DNA from: Lepidodermella squamata
Taxonomy: Eukaryota; Animalia; Gastrotricha
Reading direction: 5' to 3'
DNA: 64,000 bases
NCBI GenBank assembly: GCA_047495785.1
Contig: JBLDXI010000021.1
Span: forward strand, 2,418,001-2,482,000
Part shown: in pieces, positions 42,737 to 55,536 of the stretch
How the letters are laid out: the number at the start of each line of letters is the position of its first letter
How positions within the stretch are numbered: the stretch's first letter is position 1
Position numbers and translations under genes: made by a program
The notes under the pieces: generated by a model
Seen by the model: only the letters and a program-made list of their open reading frames with translations
The model's database searches: none
Told to the model about the DNA's origin: nothing

Positions 42737-45700
42737 CTAGACCGTGGTGTCTTTCGGACTTGTCGGCTCACGCTTGTCCTTCTTCCGTCCCGACGAAAAC
42801 GACGGAATGCGGAACTTCTTCTTCTTCTTCTCTTTTCCATCTTTTCCCTGTAAAAACACAGAAATGTAATGCAAACTGAGATTGAGCATTTGGATATACA
42901 TTGGGCATTGAATATGTCACGGGGTGCTTAGAAAAAAAATAAAAGCGTGATTTACCTCTTCTTCAATATGAGCCACTGTAGTCTGTGTAACAGTCACACG
43001 CTCACCTGTAAAAGCAAAGACAAACATCAGCAATCGTGAAAGGCTCGAGACAAAATGCGTAATGAAACATAAATAATAAGCGGGTAGTGACTTGAGCAAG
43101 TGTGTAGTAATTTCAAGCAGCGAGCAACTTGGACTAATCAATCGAGTCTTGTTTACGCAACCAGGTAAGAACTGAACGGAATCCACCGAATTAGTGAATT
43201 AGCGGCGCGCCACAGCAAAGTGATCGATCGTCAATTATTGAAGCGGCGAGCAGTATGCTCGATCTAATGTACTTCTCAAAATAATTACCGGAACGGACAA
43301 CACTACCACTACTGAGTGCTAACGAATCACTCGGCAGTTCAACCCGCGAGTCGCGTACTGTAACACGCTGCGGTGGTGCACTTAGTTTTGGAATGCCATG
43401 AGCTGCAAACACGCAATAATATGTGAAAACAGCAAAATCAAACTGAGTAATCGATTTCATCGATGTATTAGTGTCGACGAACGCGTGTCAAGCTCTCTCG
43501 AAGTCGAATAAACGCCTACCTTTGACAGGAACTTCGGTGACAGTTTCAGTTACGATGAGCTGGTGATCGCTGGAATCTGGTTGCGGGCTTTTAACAGGTG
43601 ACTGTTGCTGTTGAGGTACCGGCGATGCGGGGCTTCCCGGACTGCCAGGGCCCGTCGTGACCTTGCGCTGATACTCTGCCAGCTCTTGATCGGTCATTTT
43701 CTCGAACGGGTTCGGGGCATAGTATGACTTGTATACGACAGCGTTATGCTGGAATTCGCGTTGAATGATTCCCTTGCTAGCTGCGCCAACAAGCACGTGC
43801 TGCGTAGCCGCAACGTCGTTTTCGTTCTGGTTTTGGAGCAGACGCTGCGCCTCCTCCCATGTTGTTCCCTCGAGTAATTTCGACTGAGGGCCAGCAGTAG
43901 TCTTGTCTGCATAGTAATCTTGCCGGATTTTCTTGTGCTTGTCGCGAAGTTCTTTCGTACTCACGACAGCGCCCTGAGTTGGCACTGGGGCAAACTGATG
44001 TGCACTTTCGATTTTGATCGGAGTGCTCTGTGTCATAGCACCATCGCCAGCACCTGCCTCGGTTATCCAGTGCGTTATTTTCTTGGGGTGAGGTGTGCCT
44101 ATTTCCTCCTGTTCGACCTTCTGGTACACGTTTGGCGAGGTTAACCATTTAGAAAACGCCGTCTTTGAGGAATTAGCCATTGATTGACGGGCAGGCGAGT
44201 AATGTTGAGCAGCGTATTCCTCCTCCGCGAAACGCAGGGTGGCGGCCGTGGCTGTGGGCGGAATCGCAACCTCGCCGTTCGCTGCGCCGGTTCCGTTATG
44301 ATGCTGCGAATCGCGTACGAGGGCCGTTCGGTAGAGATAGCCGGTGCGGTATCCGGCGTTGTCAAGAAGACGCATCATTGCGGTGAATTCAAGCTCACCT
44401 CTCCGCCACTTGATTACATGCTCACCGTTTTTCCCCGTGCCACGGCCATCTGACACTCCGCCACCGCCTTGTGAGGCAGTTTCAAAAGATCGTTGGCTGG
44501 CTTCCGCTGAAATTTGTACGAGGTTGTCCAGTCCCAACGGAATAAGGCGGACCTGGGTATCGCATGCCAAAACAACATGAACGGCCAAGAAGAATGCTTC
44601 TTCGATAGATTCGCCACAAACTACCACTCCGTGGTTTTGCAGAAACATGACTTTATTTGACGGTCCCAAATCCTTGGCAAGAGCAAATCGTTCCGCATCA
44701 TCAACAAGGATGCCTCCGTATGGATGATACGAAACTGGGCCAATTATTACAGCCTCCTATATAAACAACAGAGCTATGTGCAAGGCATGGCACACAAATA
44801 ATAAGTAAATTCTAACCTGGCTGAGGGGAAGCAGGCCACATTTCATGATTGAAACGGCAACAATGGACGGGGTATGAAGGTGAATAATGCAACGAACGTC
44901 AGGCCTGGCTGAATGGAGCGCTGAGTGAAGAACGAAACCGGCGCGGTTAGCGCCTAATGTAGTGCAGCCAGGATCAAGAACTTCTCCTCGGACGTCAACC
45001 TAAAAATCCATTAGAAGTGAATTTATTGCACATACAGAATAGCAAGTTATACCTTCACGAGGCTTGCTGCTGTGATTTCACTATACAACAGACCGAATGG
45101 ATTGATGAAAAAATGTTCTTGATCAGGCGACAGCCTGGCTGTGATGTGATTGTAAATGTTTTGGGTCCAGCCGAACAAATCAACGACGCGATATAACGAG
45201 GCCAATTTACACCGAATGAGCTTTTCCAATTTTGACATCTATAGGAACAAATGCCGAGATCAATATATCACAAGAAACCACTGAATTTCGAAGCTTACTT
45301 GGCTATGCTCAGGCCCTCGCAGATCATTGATCTGAATAACGGGGCCCATGCCACCGAGAAAGCCAGAGAGGCCTCCGGTTGGATGCCCTTTCACGGCGCC
45401 ATGAGGAGCCAACAAATCGGTTAGATGCTGTAAGGCGACAAACGCTTCTGGATTGCATCCAAGTGGGACACCCTCTGTTAATTGCTGCTTGACGATTTCA
45501 TCCAACTCGTCGCGAAAAGCCTGGCTTTTGAGCAGGAATGATACTCGTTGGCGGTGCTCCATCTTTAATATTGAGCATGCTATGCATAACGCGCCATAAA
45601 CCGTTCATAAATGTTACCTGCTTGACGTCCTCTTTGATTTCCGCCGGCCGTTGGAGCCTACGCTGGTACTCAGGGTCGTCAGGATCTTGTAGCAAATACA

Positions 45701-45834
45701 AGTTGGAAGATTGAGTTGAAAATTGTAGATAAATACATACCGATTCCGTCTATGAAACGGGTTGTTACCCCATTGGTGTGTCCATTCGGAGCGTGAGCGG
45801 GTGATGAACGAGACTTCACCATCTCCGACATCAT
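42737..45834 (-). CDS. hts: Adducin (hu-li tai shao), multi-exon, with C-terminal MARCKS-related domain
   Basis: [25 protein letters not shown] and LQNHG in the aldolase-II-like head, GPQS and NPF in the neck, and terminal [12 protein letters not shown]. Confidence 0.96.
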
Positions 45835-47210
45835 ACAATAAAATCCACCTAATTATCAAGCAACAGTTGCATGTAGTTACGACTAGACCCGTGACTCAAA
45901 AAATCGAGAAAAAGAGTTGAGAGTTGATGGGTAGAAAATGAAAGCCATTGAATTACAAAAGGTCTGGTTTTATAATCAATAGACTCTGGAGTTGGAAGAG
46001 AATAATGCAGATTCGTCGATTGGACTTCCGACACTTTACTATAAACTATGGTGCATGGCAATGAGTAATTCCTGGTTCGTCATTTTTCTGAAAGGAAAAG
46101 ATTATAAAAGCAAATGTAACGGCATACAATTAGGTGAATGCCGAAATCAATTATTGTCCACCACCAAATTAGTTGCAAGCTGCAACCGCAAGAAAAATCA
46201 GCAAAAAGACAGTATATAGTGAAAACCAAATCTCAAATCCCAATGTTACTTTTATGGGAATCTATTTCCCAACACCAAAATGCAATAATCATAAAACAGA
46301 CAATGAAATAATAGCCGGCAGCGCAACATTGTCACTCAAACTGACTGCTTATATTGCAACATGTTACGGATCACAGGCCACAGGCGCCGTTCTGTCAGTC
46401 AGAAGTAATGCGCTGAAAATTCTCAGATCGATTACACGAAATTTTCAATTGCAAAGCAAAATATCAGTTAACTAATAATTCAAGGCATGAGGAATGAACG
46501 AGAGAGATAGAACATTTTTTCATCCTGAGACTGTGTAGCGAGATGCAAGACGATGAAAAAAAAACCACCGACTGATTAAAGTTTAGAGTTATTGTAGATG
46601 AATAAATAGCTAACAGTTGGAAACTTGACAGTGAGTTATCGGTTACTGGTTGGTCAGTGGTCACCTGTTATATCTGTTATATGCAACTTGGCTACTCTTC
46701 AACCCTAGACCTAGACTTTCCGCTTACCGGGACGCCGCGTCGTCTAAGATCGCCGAATGATCAAGGTAGTGCAAAAACTCTTATAATTGACGTGAATAAA
46801 TAATAATCAGAAAAAAGTTTGCGAAAGAAAAATTCGTTTGTGTTTTTAGAAATTATATTTTACAAAGGCGCGCAAAATTTAAAAATCAATCTAGCAACGC
46901 GTCGCTTCTGCAGTGGAAATCGTGTTTGGGAAATGTTCGCTTCTTCATGGCTGCACTTTGTTAGTTGCGCCACGGCCAAAATCAGAGGTCGGAAACAAAT
47001 TGAGGTCGGAGCCGAGAGAACTGACTCCATACTTCCCTTGGTACCCATCACTTGCGTGATCGGTCTATTCACTATTTCCTCTTCTGGCGAATAGGATCTC
47101 TATAGGAAGCAGGTCGCCTGATAGTGGCTGATGCGCAGTACTTGGCTCGTCTTCTCTGAGTACTGAACCAACCTACTTGGCTTATACCGAACATCGAATA
47201 ATTCCCTGCC

Positions 47211-47790
47211 ATTTATTTATTTATTTAAGAGCCATTCATCCGTCTGTAGAGAAAAGTTGGAAAGCTCAGCTGTAAAAAGACAATTACTTGAGGTTTGATC
47301 AAACTTTAAACAAGTATTGGATGGATGGATTAACAAGCCCAATCGCCAGTTGCCCGACGATATGGGTGATTCCACCGTTACGGACAGAGGTTTCATGTCA
47401 GTTTGAAATTTTCGAAATAATTTCTTGTTAAAACTAAAAGCATTCATCACTTGGATTTTTTACCAAGCTTTACCAATGACTTCCTGGTCATTTTAAACAA
47501 AACGTTTGTACCAGTTTGATCATTTTTAATTGGACAGTGACCTAATATATGATTTTGATTTTGATTTTGAGTCGTCTTTATGTTACACACTACAAACCCT
47601 TTGTGTAGTGGGCTAACTATTGCTATCTTCCGTTGTTTAGGAAGTGAACCTGAGTCAATAATCGAATTGAATAGGATTAGCAGATGCGGCCTTAATGCTC
47701 CTGACGCCAATTTCAAAATTGACACGGGAATTTCGTCGTAGCCGGTTGTAGTCGTGTTTTTTATCTTGGAAAATGCCTGATTTTGTTCAC
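47211..47790 (-). mobile_element. Degenerate LINE fragment(s)
   Basis: KIKNTTTTGYDEIPVSILK...LFNSIIDSGSLPKQRKIAIVSPLHKG matches the region just N-terminal to a LINE RT. The segment ends in a (TAAA)n tail at 47211-47226. Confidence 0.7.
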
Positions 47791-48239
47791 TGTCCTTAAT
47801 ATGCGTGAATGAAAATGATTTAAAGCCGGTTGAAGTTTAAACGGTCTGAGAGAGCGTCAGCCATGATACCCAATACCTAATATCCATGAACGCTCAGTTT
47901 AGCAATAAGAAGACTATCGAAAGGTAAGCCAACGCATATGTATATATTGTATTCAAATAACCTCATGATAGAACGATACAATGACATTTAGTAAGAAGCG
48001 GTGTAAATGTCATAAAACGTTAAATTTGATCTCAAACCTCAAAACACATCATTCATGGAGACAATAAGGCCTAAGTAATGGTCACAACAGGATGCTGAGT
48101 AATGCAGAAATAAAATCATTTAGAATTGAGACCATCACATCAACAACATTCTTGAAAGATTAGGTAAATGTCTCACAATTCTGTCGGGTTTTTAAAACCA
48201 CCACCTTGTCGCTGGTTTCAAGAGCTCACAGGGTCAAGC

Positions 48240-50125
48240 TCAGCTAATAGCGGGGTCAACAATTGTCGAAGGGCACACGCTAGTTGTTGCCACAGAACGC
48301 AGGCTGCCTCTTCTCGTCTCATACCGTTCAATGTTTCCTACAACAGCTGACGCGGCGTCAAAACTCGATCGAAAACTTGACCTGAGCCTGTTTGCGCCTA
48401 TGCCTCTATATCCATTTACTGCCCTCATTGACCACCGTCCATACATGTTCTGAACCATGCCACAAATACAAGTTGGTTAATATCAGTAATCATTAGATTG
48501 ATTGATAAGCTTACCGAATATGCGTGGTGCCTTAATGTCGTGCTGAGTTTTCGGCATCGGCAAAACAAAATTTCAACAAATGGGCGCCTGATGTCTCGAT
48601 TGTATAGGGCGTTAATGACGGGGTTGCACATGCTTTTTGAGTATCCAAGCCATAAGAGAAAAGAAAATACTGGCATTGGAACGCAGTCGGATATCGAGCC
48701 ACATCTAAAAAAAATATCGCATTATTGAGGAGCTTTCAATTTCTGTGGAGCCAGAATCTACCTTCGTATAGCATTAATAAGCTGCATCAAAAAGAAAGGT
48801 AGCCAACAAAGTAAGAAAGTCCCCAAGAAAACGCCCAGAGTGTGAATGGCTTTCATCTCGCGGTTAGCAGTTCGGGACCCAAATTCAGGAATCCTGGTAG
48901 GTAGGTCGCAGTCGTTGGCGTGGTATTGGACCATGGGCTGTAAAGACGCTCTCTTAGGCTGTATCGCCATAGCAGACGATTCTGCTTTGGCTATCAAAAA
49001 TTCGAATAAAAGGCACTATAAAGAAGGCTGTGAAGACGTACTTCCATTTCGCGATTCCTTCGATTTCGCCATTGAGTTGCTAGAGTTACTGCGTTCTCGG
49101 GTATTACTTTCAATCGGAGCCGTTGTTGAAAGTACCGAGGAAATAATCTCCCTCTGCCTTATCGTATTTACGGCAGCTTGATCTATCTTGCTCATCCGAG
49201 AGACGACAAGCCATAGTCGAAAGGTTACGTATATAATCACACCAGTTGGAATAAAAAAGGCAACTATTGTAGCGTAGATCTACGTCGATTAGCCATTAGA
49301 AAACGTCCAGTGATATCATTCATTTATTCTGACCTGAAATCCCAAGTCATCTGGGTAATAGCATTCTGAAAACATTGACAGATCTTGCAGGCTGAATTTC
49401 GGAAGACACTCATCATAAATTTACCTCCACGACTCTGTTCTCTTCTCCAGAACACAACTGCCGGTAGCGATACTGCTGCTGCCAAGACCCACGATATCAT
49501 AACTAGTGTTAACATGAATTTAGATGTGCGTCGTTGTGCAAATTTGAACGGTCTCTGCAATGAGGCAAAAAGAAATTATTCAGGATTTAAGACTATTACT
49601 TACTGTTATAATAAGATATCGGTCGACGCTTATTGCGGCGAGGTTGAGGATAGAAACCGTACAAAACAGCATGTCGAGGCAGATAAAAATGTCACAAACA
49701 AGGTTCGATAGAGGCCACTCCCCATCATTTATTTCGGCTACAGCTGCTAATGGCATGACCAAAATTGCAATGCCTATTTCCAAAATCATTAAGTAAAAGT
49801 CCGATGCTTCAATCGTAAACTTGCCCAAGTCTGTAGCAGCCAGAGAAATAATTAGAAAATTGTAGGACGTTTTTAAGCGTTTCACAAAAACAACGCTAAA
49901 TATGACAAGTGCATTCCCGAGAACAGTTCCTAAAATTAGCGCCGCTATCGCCGAGGCGACTAGAATCGACCAAGCGCTCTTCGGGAACACAAATGGAACT
50001 GCTGCCTGTCCTGATTCGATGACGTTGCTCAGGTTGTCATGAAAGCTGTTTTCGACATCGAACGAAGACCAAATTAAGCTATTTTCGACCGGGTCCGTAA
50101 TTGAGGATGAATAATTCCAATCCAT
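48240..50125 (-). CDS. Biogenic-amine GPCR, 5-HT7-like, multi-exon
   Basis: GN in TM1, SLAATDL, TM3 Asp (LDMLFCT), DRY, CWLPFF, WLGY and helix-8 NRDIRRPFVEILFCRC, which resembles protostome 5-HT7 receptors. The subtype is inferred. Confidence 0.88.
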
Positions 50126-51072
50126 CGTTCCAGACGCTGAAAAGCAGTTAATAGTGCAACCGAACTTGCAATTGCGTAGTGATAAAAGAGGTAACCGCCA
50201 AGCATCGAAGAAACAATAAATCTAAATTTTGAATTTTTTGCTCGTCATCTTACGTGTTATATGTTACGGCTGTGGATTTGGTTATGCCGTGGTCTTCGGT
50301 TGTATCACTTGGCGACGAATCTCCTTTCGTGTAATAGCTTGGGTATTATAATTATAAGCCAGACCAGGAACGGCTGCGCAACTTTTCATTTGAAACTCAA
50401 CAGATAACTAGAACGCCGTTATTTTGCAAGCATTAAATCTTACGAGCATTTTTGAAAATTCTATTATGTAGACCAGTATTCAACCACACACGATCCAAAA
50501 TGGACCAGATGACACATGAGGTCAAAATTTTATCCCAATGTCACGCGACTAATCATGGCTTCACGAGGACAGCTGCGTAGGTAAAATGCGGTTATTAGTA
50601 CGTCACCATGGTTACACCACCTGGACTCTGGAAATGAACCATAACTAAATATGGAACTCCACACGAAACCTTCGCGGCTGCACTTATTTAATTATGTAGA
50701 GCTTACGGTTTAGACGTTCCGCCTTCATTTTTTCATCTGCCATTCTTGCTTTAAATTAAAAAAAATTAATAAACAGCTTCGATTTTGAATTCAATTATCT
50801 CGTTAAAAAATGAAACAAGTATCCAAAAAATAATTTATTTTATAACAAAATAGGTATATCTGGAAGGTCACAGGTAGGATTCAACTATGAGTATCTGAGA
50901 AGCTTATATATCGGCAGTGATAGAGATTCCTCGTATGGTCATGTAGAAAAAATACACTGTTTAAACTATAAAGCGCAATAAAACCAGAGGTAAAGAACAA
51001 CGACAATAGTAAGAATTCATTAAAGTCCGGCAGTATCAGTTCAGTATCAGCAATTTCATCATCGTTTGGGGA

Positions 51073-53396
51073 TCATTTTCGCTGCTCGGGCATGCGGCAG
51101 TTGATTTTGAATTCGGATTTCAGCTGAGCGGCGATCTCAGGATAAACAGATGGATCCTCGATCGTCACCGGCAAATCAAACGCCTTCTCATTAACCATGG
51201 CTTGAAGCGTATTACGCGACACTTTGCCACTTCGAGTCTTCGGCAACCGCTTGACAATAAGAACGCCGCCGGAAAGCGTCGCGATTGCCCCGACATGTTG
51301 GCGAACAGCTTCGCGAATTTTATCGATGATCATTTTTTCCTGCTGTTCTGTCACAGTTCCGGCAACGTTCGTGTGCTTCAAGGTACAAAATGCGAACGGA
51401 ACTTGACCTTTCAAGGTGTCATTGCGACCAACCACAGCTGCCTCGGCTACTTCCCCAACGAGTTGGATAGCCTCCTCGAGGCTACCGGTTGACAAGCGAT
51501 GGCCAGCGACATTGATCACATCATCAATACGACCCATAATGAAAACATGGCCATGCTCGTCAATGTAACCGGCATCAGTCGTATTGTAGTAACCCTGTTA
51601 ATGGCATCATCAAAATATTTGTAAAAAATTAAAAAAGTAAATTAAATTACGGGAAATTCCTTGAAATACGACTCAATGAAGCGTTGATCCGATTTAAACA
51701 AAGTCGAGAAAGACCCAGGAGGTAGCGGAAGTTTTACCACAATCGTGCCAAGTTCGTTAGGTTGAGCTACTGAGTGGTCAGCCCTCAGCACTTCCACCTT
51801 CCAACCATGCGATGGACGGCCCGCGGAAGACGGCGGCGGCAGCTTGATTGGCTTTCCGGATGTTTTAGAGCCTTTCAAAGAAGTAGCGGTAATAGCCCAG
51901 CCACTTTCAGTTTGCCACCTGGAAATCATTGTGAAAAACGCATTGCGGCGACTCAGTATAGCTTATACCTACCAGTGATCTATGACTGGACGACCGCCGA
52001 AACGTCCTTTCGCCCACTCAAGTGTTGCTGGATCCAAGTGCTCCCCCACAACAAAAATCCCTCGAAGCGTTTCAATGTCGTAAGGCGCTGCATTTTTGCA
52101 CTCAGGGTCCTAATCGAAGACATATTACTCAAACATTACATCGTCGATCATGGTTTGAAACTATACGTCACGCTTTATGGCTCTCAGCGCTGTAGGTGAG
52201 ATGAAAACTCCTGCCAATTTATATTCGTCAATTAAGCGGAATATAGCCCCTGCGTTAGGAGTGCCAATGGGTTTTCCTGAAAAAAACGGAAAAAGTAAGT
52301 ATCGTGATAGTGTCGAAACAATTCCCAAAATACCTTCGTAAAGGACAGTCGGATTTCTATGTAACAACGGGGCGTAGCATATATAGCTGTGGCCAACCAC
52401 CCAGCCCAGATCAGATAGCGCCATCCAGTTTTCTCCGGGTTCAACGCCGTAGATTGCGTTCATGGTCCAGCGAAGGGCAACAGCATGACCGCCAGACGGG
52501 CGCACGGGGGCCTTAGGTTGGCCGGTTGTTCCTGATGTGTATAACACGTAAATTGGGTCAGTCGCTTGCACAGGAACGGCATCACATTGACGGTTAGCTG
52601 CAGCTGCGGTAACTTCATCATATTCAACGACGTCATATCCACCGTTTCTCAGAACCGTCAAGTCCTCCCTATAATTTTTTCCTGAGACTTGAGGGCGCGA
52701 ATGAACTATAATAGACTTGGGTCTGAAATTGGCTATTTTCAATGCCTCGCAAACAATCGGCAGATAAGGGATTTCACGGTTCGGCTCGATACCAAAAGTC
52801 GACGTTAAAATGACCTACAAATTATAAATAGGAATTATAATAAACTTTTGCATTAATCTTAAAACCTTCGGTTCTGCATGTGAAATACGAGCAGCAAGCT
52901 GCATGGCTGCAAAACCACCGAAAACCAGTGAGTGTATCGCCCCTATCCGTGCAGCTGCAAGCATAGAGAAGAGGGCTTGTGGTACCATCGGCATGTAGAT
53001 CAGCACAACATCTCCTTTTCCAACTCCCAGTTTCAGCATAGCAGCAGCCAAGCGAGTCACTTCCGTCTGCATTTCCTTGTACGTAAATGACGACTTGATT
53101 TGCGACACAGGGCTATCGTAATATAGGCCAGTTGAGTTGCCGAAGCCCTCGTCGATGTGCCGATCAAGAGCGTTGTAGCACGTATTCATTGTCCCACCAA
53201 CGAACCATCTCGTAAACGGGGGGTTCGAGTGATCGAGAATCTTGTCCCATTTTTTGAACCAAATCAACTTTTCAGCTTCCGCAGCCCAGAACTGCGTATC
53301 GGCATGGGAGATGTCATGCTGATTTACATGCTTCGATCTGGCCGAAAGCCGTGTGTACATATACGACGCAGACGTCACGCGCTTGAACACGCTCAT
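51073..53396 (-). CDS. ACSS3: Acyl-CoA synthetase short-chain family member 3 (propionyl/acetyl-CoA ligase) with probable mitochondrial presequence
   Basis: YTSGTTGQPK, SDLGWVVGHSYICYAPL, WWQTESG, KLPLPPG, GRIDDVINVAGHRLS and LPKTRSGK. The N-terminus is Arg/Ser-rich. Confidence 0.93.
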
Positions 53397-53438
53397 TTTA
53401 ATTTATGTACAACACGCCTATAAAACAACAACAATGGC

Positions 53439-53461
53439 TTGGGTGAGGTTGGGTCACGTGA
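53439..53461. promoter_or_regulatory. Palindromic E-box (GTCACGTGA) next to an SRE-like TCACCCAA, upstream of ACSS3
   Basis: gtcacgtga at 53453-53461 and ttgggtgagg at 53439-53448, within 65 nt of the ACSS3 ATG. Function is inferred only. Confidence 0.35.
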
Positions 53462-53553
53462 GTAACGATTCTTAGTATTCATCTGCGTTCCTTCAAAACA
53501 GCTCCCGGTGCTTTCATTCGCAATCCACAACAACTTGAGCAATTGACGGCAAT

Positions 53554-55536
53554 CTACCCGTCGAGTGCATTCTTACTGTAAACCAAGTATACTTCGAAAT
53601 ATCGCTGATTTGTTACAACCACCTTATTCATGTAAGACGTAAAATGGACTAGGCCCCTTTCTTTATCCCGCTTAGCGGGAACGACGATAGCCAATGAATT
53701 GTGCTTCGGCTCGATGGTAACAACCTGAAAATTAAACAAGCGCTGATAACAGTAGGCTCATCCTTAGTCACACTTACTGGATCTTTGCTCCCTTTTTCGA
53801 CATAAATCACCGAGCCTGGGCTGGCTTCTCGGGAACATTTCACAACGCCATCGTCCAGATTTTGAATACATGCATTAGCGTTACTCATCACGAAGAAATG
53901 AACAGCCACTGAATCCGGACTTAATGGCGTATCTGTGTCTTTCAATATTGTGTAATCACCGCCTTCCCACATTCTAACCTCCAAGGTTTTGCAACCGACA
54001 CCGGGTGGCGGTTCCTCACCGCTTCCACCGCTGATGTCGAGCCAAGTCAAGCCCGTCATTTGGCTCAAGAGCACAATAAATGCGTCTGACAAAAGAAAAA
54101 ACAGCAGATTGTCCAGTTCTGATGATCGCTTGAATATATCTTCTTTCAATATATTCGCAATCGAGCACCATCTAGAAGTAACACGTGTTAACAATACTTA
54201 ATGCGTAACATTATCGAATTCCGAACCGCTTGTTGGGTGGACCTTTTTTAACGAAGGACGTGGACTTATTAAGCTCGTCGATAAGTAGCTGTATGTGTGA
54301 TTCCTGGAATAGATTGTTACACAAAACATCAAGCAGTGAATCCAATGTTACACCTGGAAAACTTCGCCCAAACACATATCCGCATGTACTCCCTTCTTGA
54401 GAGATCGAGTAAAATGTCGGGATATCTGGTTCAATGTGCGGTTATCAACATACGCCGGAGATATCCAATCTAAAAAGACATTTTCGTCCATGTCGCACGG
54501 CGGTATTTGCAGGTCATATAATTGGTCAACTAATTTGACCCGAGGTTCAGCTTCTAATTTGGGCTTTGGTTGAACCGTTCCATTAAACCAGCCGTGTATT
54601 GACAGTCTGCATGCTGGGCTGTTTCGAGTTATTTCAGCAACTTGATGAAATGAAGATGGAGTAACTTCAAAAAAAGCGAAGGAATTTCTTGTTGGATTGA
54701 GGCGTCGAGCGATTTTAGATGGAATAGGAGGAGTCATAGCTGGATCGGCTTCAAATAAATCCAGAGATCCACCGTCAACTGAAAATTCCCAATCACTAGG
54801 CGTCAAGTAGTAAATGAACGCTATGCGCCGGCCCTCCAATTTATCGTCATGGCATAACAAAAAATCTGCACGTGAAAATTTGATGCGACAAATATATCCA
54901 TTTTTGCAATTATACCTCCCCAGCCGTATCTATTGTGTGAATGAAAACAAAGACGGCTGGTTGAAAAAAGATGAAAACGCACAACACAACGAACCGAGAT
55001 GAACTTATTGAAATTTCAGAATTCAGATGCAAAGATGTCAGATTCTCCAACGCTGGTCCAACGTGCTGACGGAGAAGGTCGGTAAACCTGCTAATAGCGG
55101 GATATTCGTCAATAGCCAGAGCCTTCATGTCACCACTCTAAAGAAATAAAATGCGTTCCATGGGTAACTGAAAACGATCGCAATCGCAGGAAACCTGGCA
55201 GAAATTGTAAAGATCGTTGCTTTTGAAATTCATCGGCAAACGCTCAGATCCAAGCTCCTCTTCCAACCCTTGAATTAATTGCTGATTTGTCAAAAAGCAG
55301 TTGATCTGGCAGCATTTGAATGGTTGTGATAGAACAGCCCAACTATCACATAGAGCTTCAAAAAAACCATCAAAAATTAACAGAATGTTAAAAATTAAGA
55401 TATATTTCCTACCGTTAGCATCCGACCGATAGGACTGCTGCAATTGCTCATAAGCCTCATTATCGATATCGAGCACACTAGTTAATTCAGTGCCTAATTC
55501 GCAATCCTCCATTTTCCGTCTCTTCGGACTGTTCAT
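53554..55536 (-). CDS. OGFOD1: Ribosomal uS12 prolyl 3-hydroxylase OGFOD1 / sudestada1 / Tpa1 family, multi-exon
   Basis: KSNDLYNFCQ, LLCHDDKLEGRRIAFIYYL (HxD), SFHQVAE, RLSIHGWF and GPPNKR. Confidence 0.95.
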
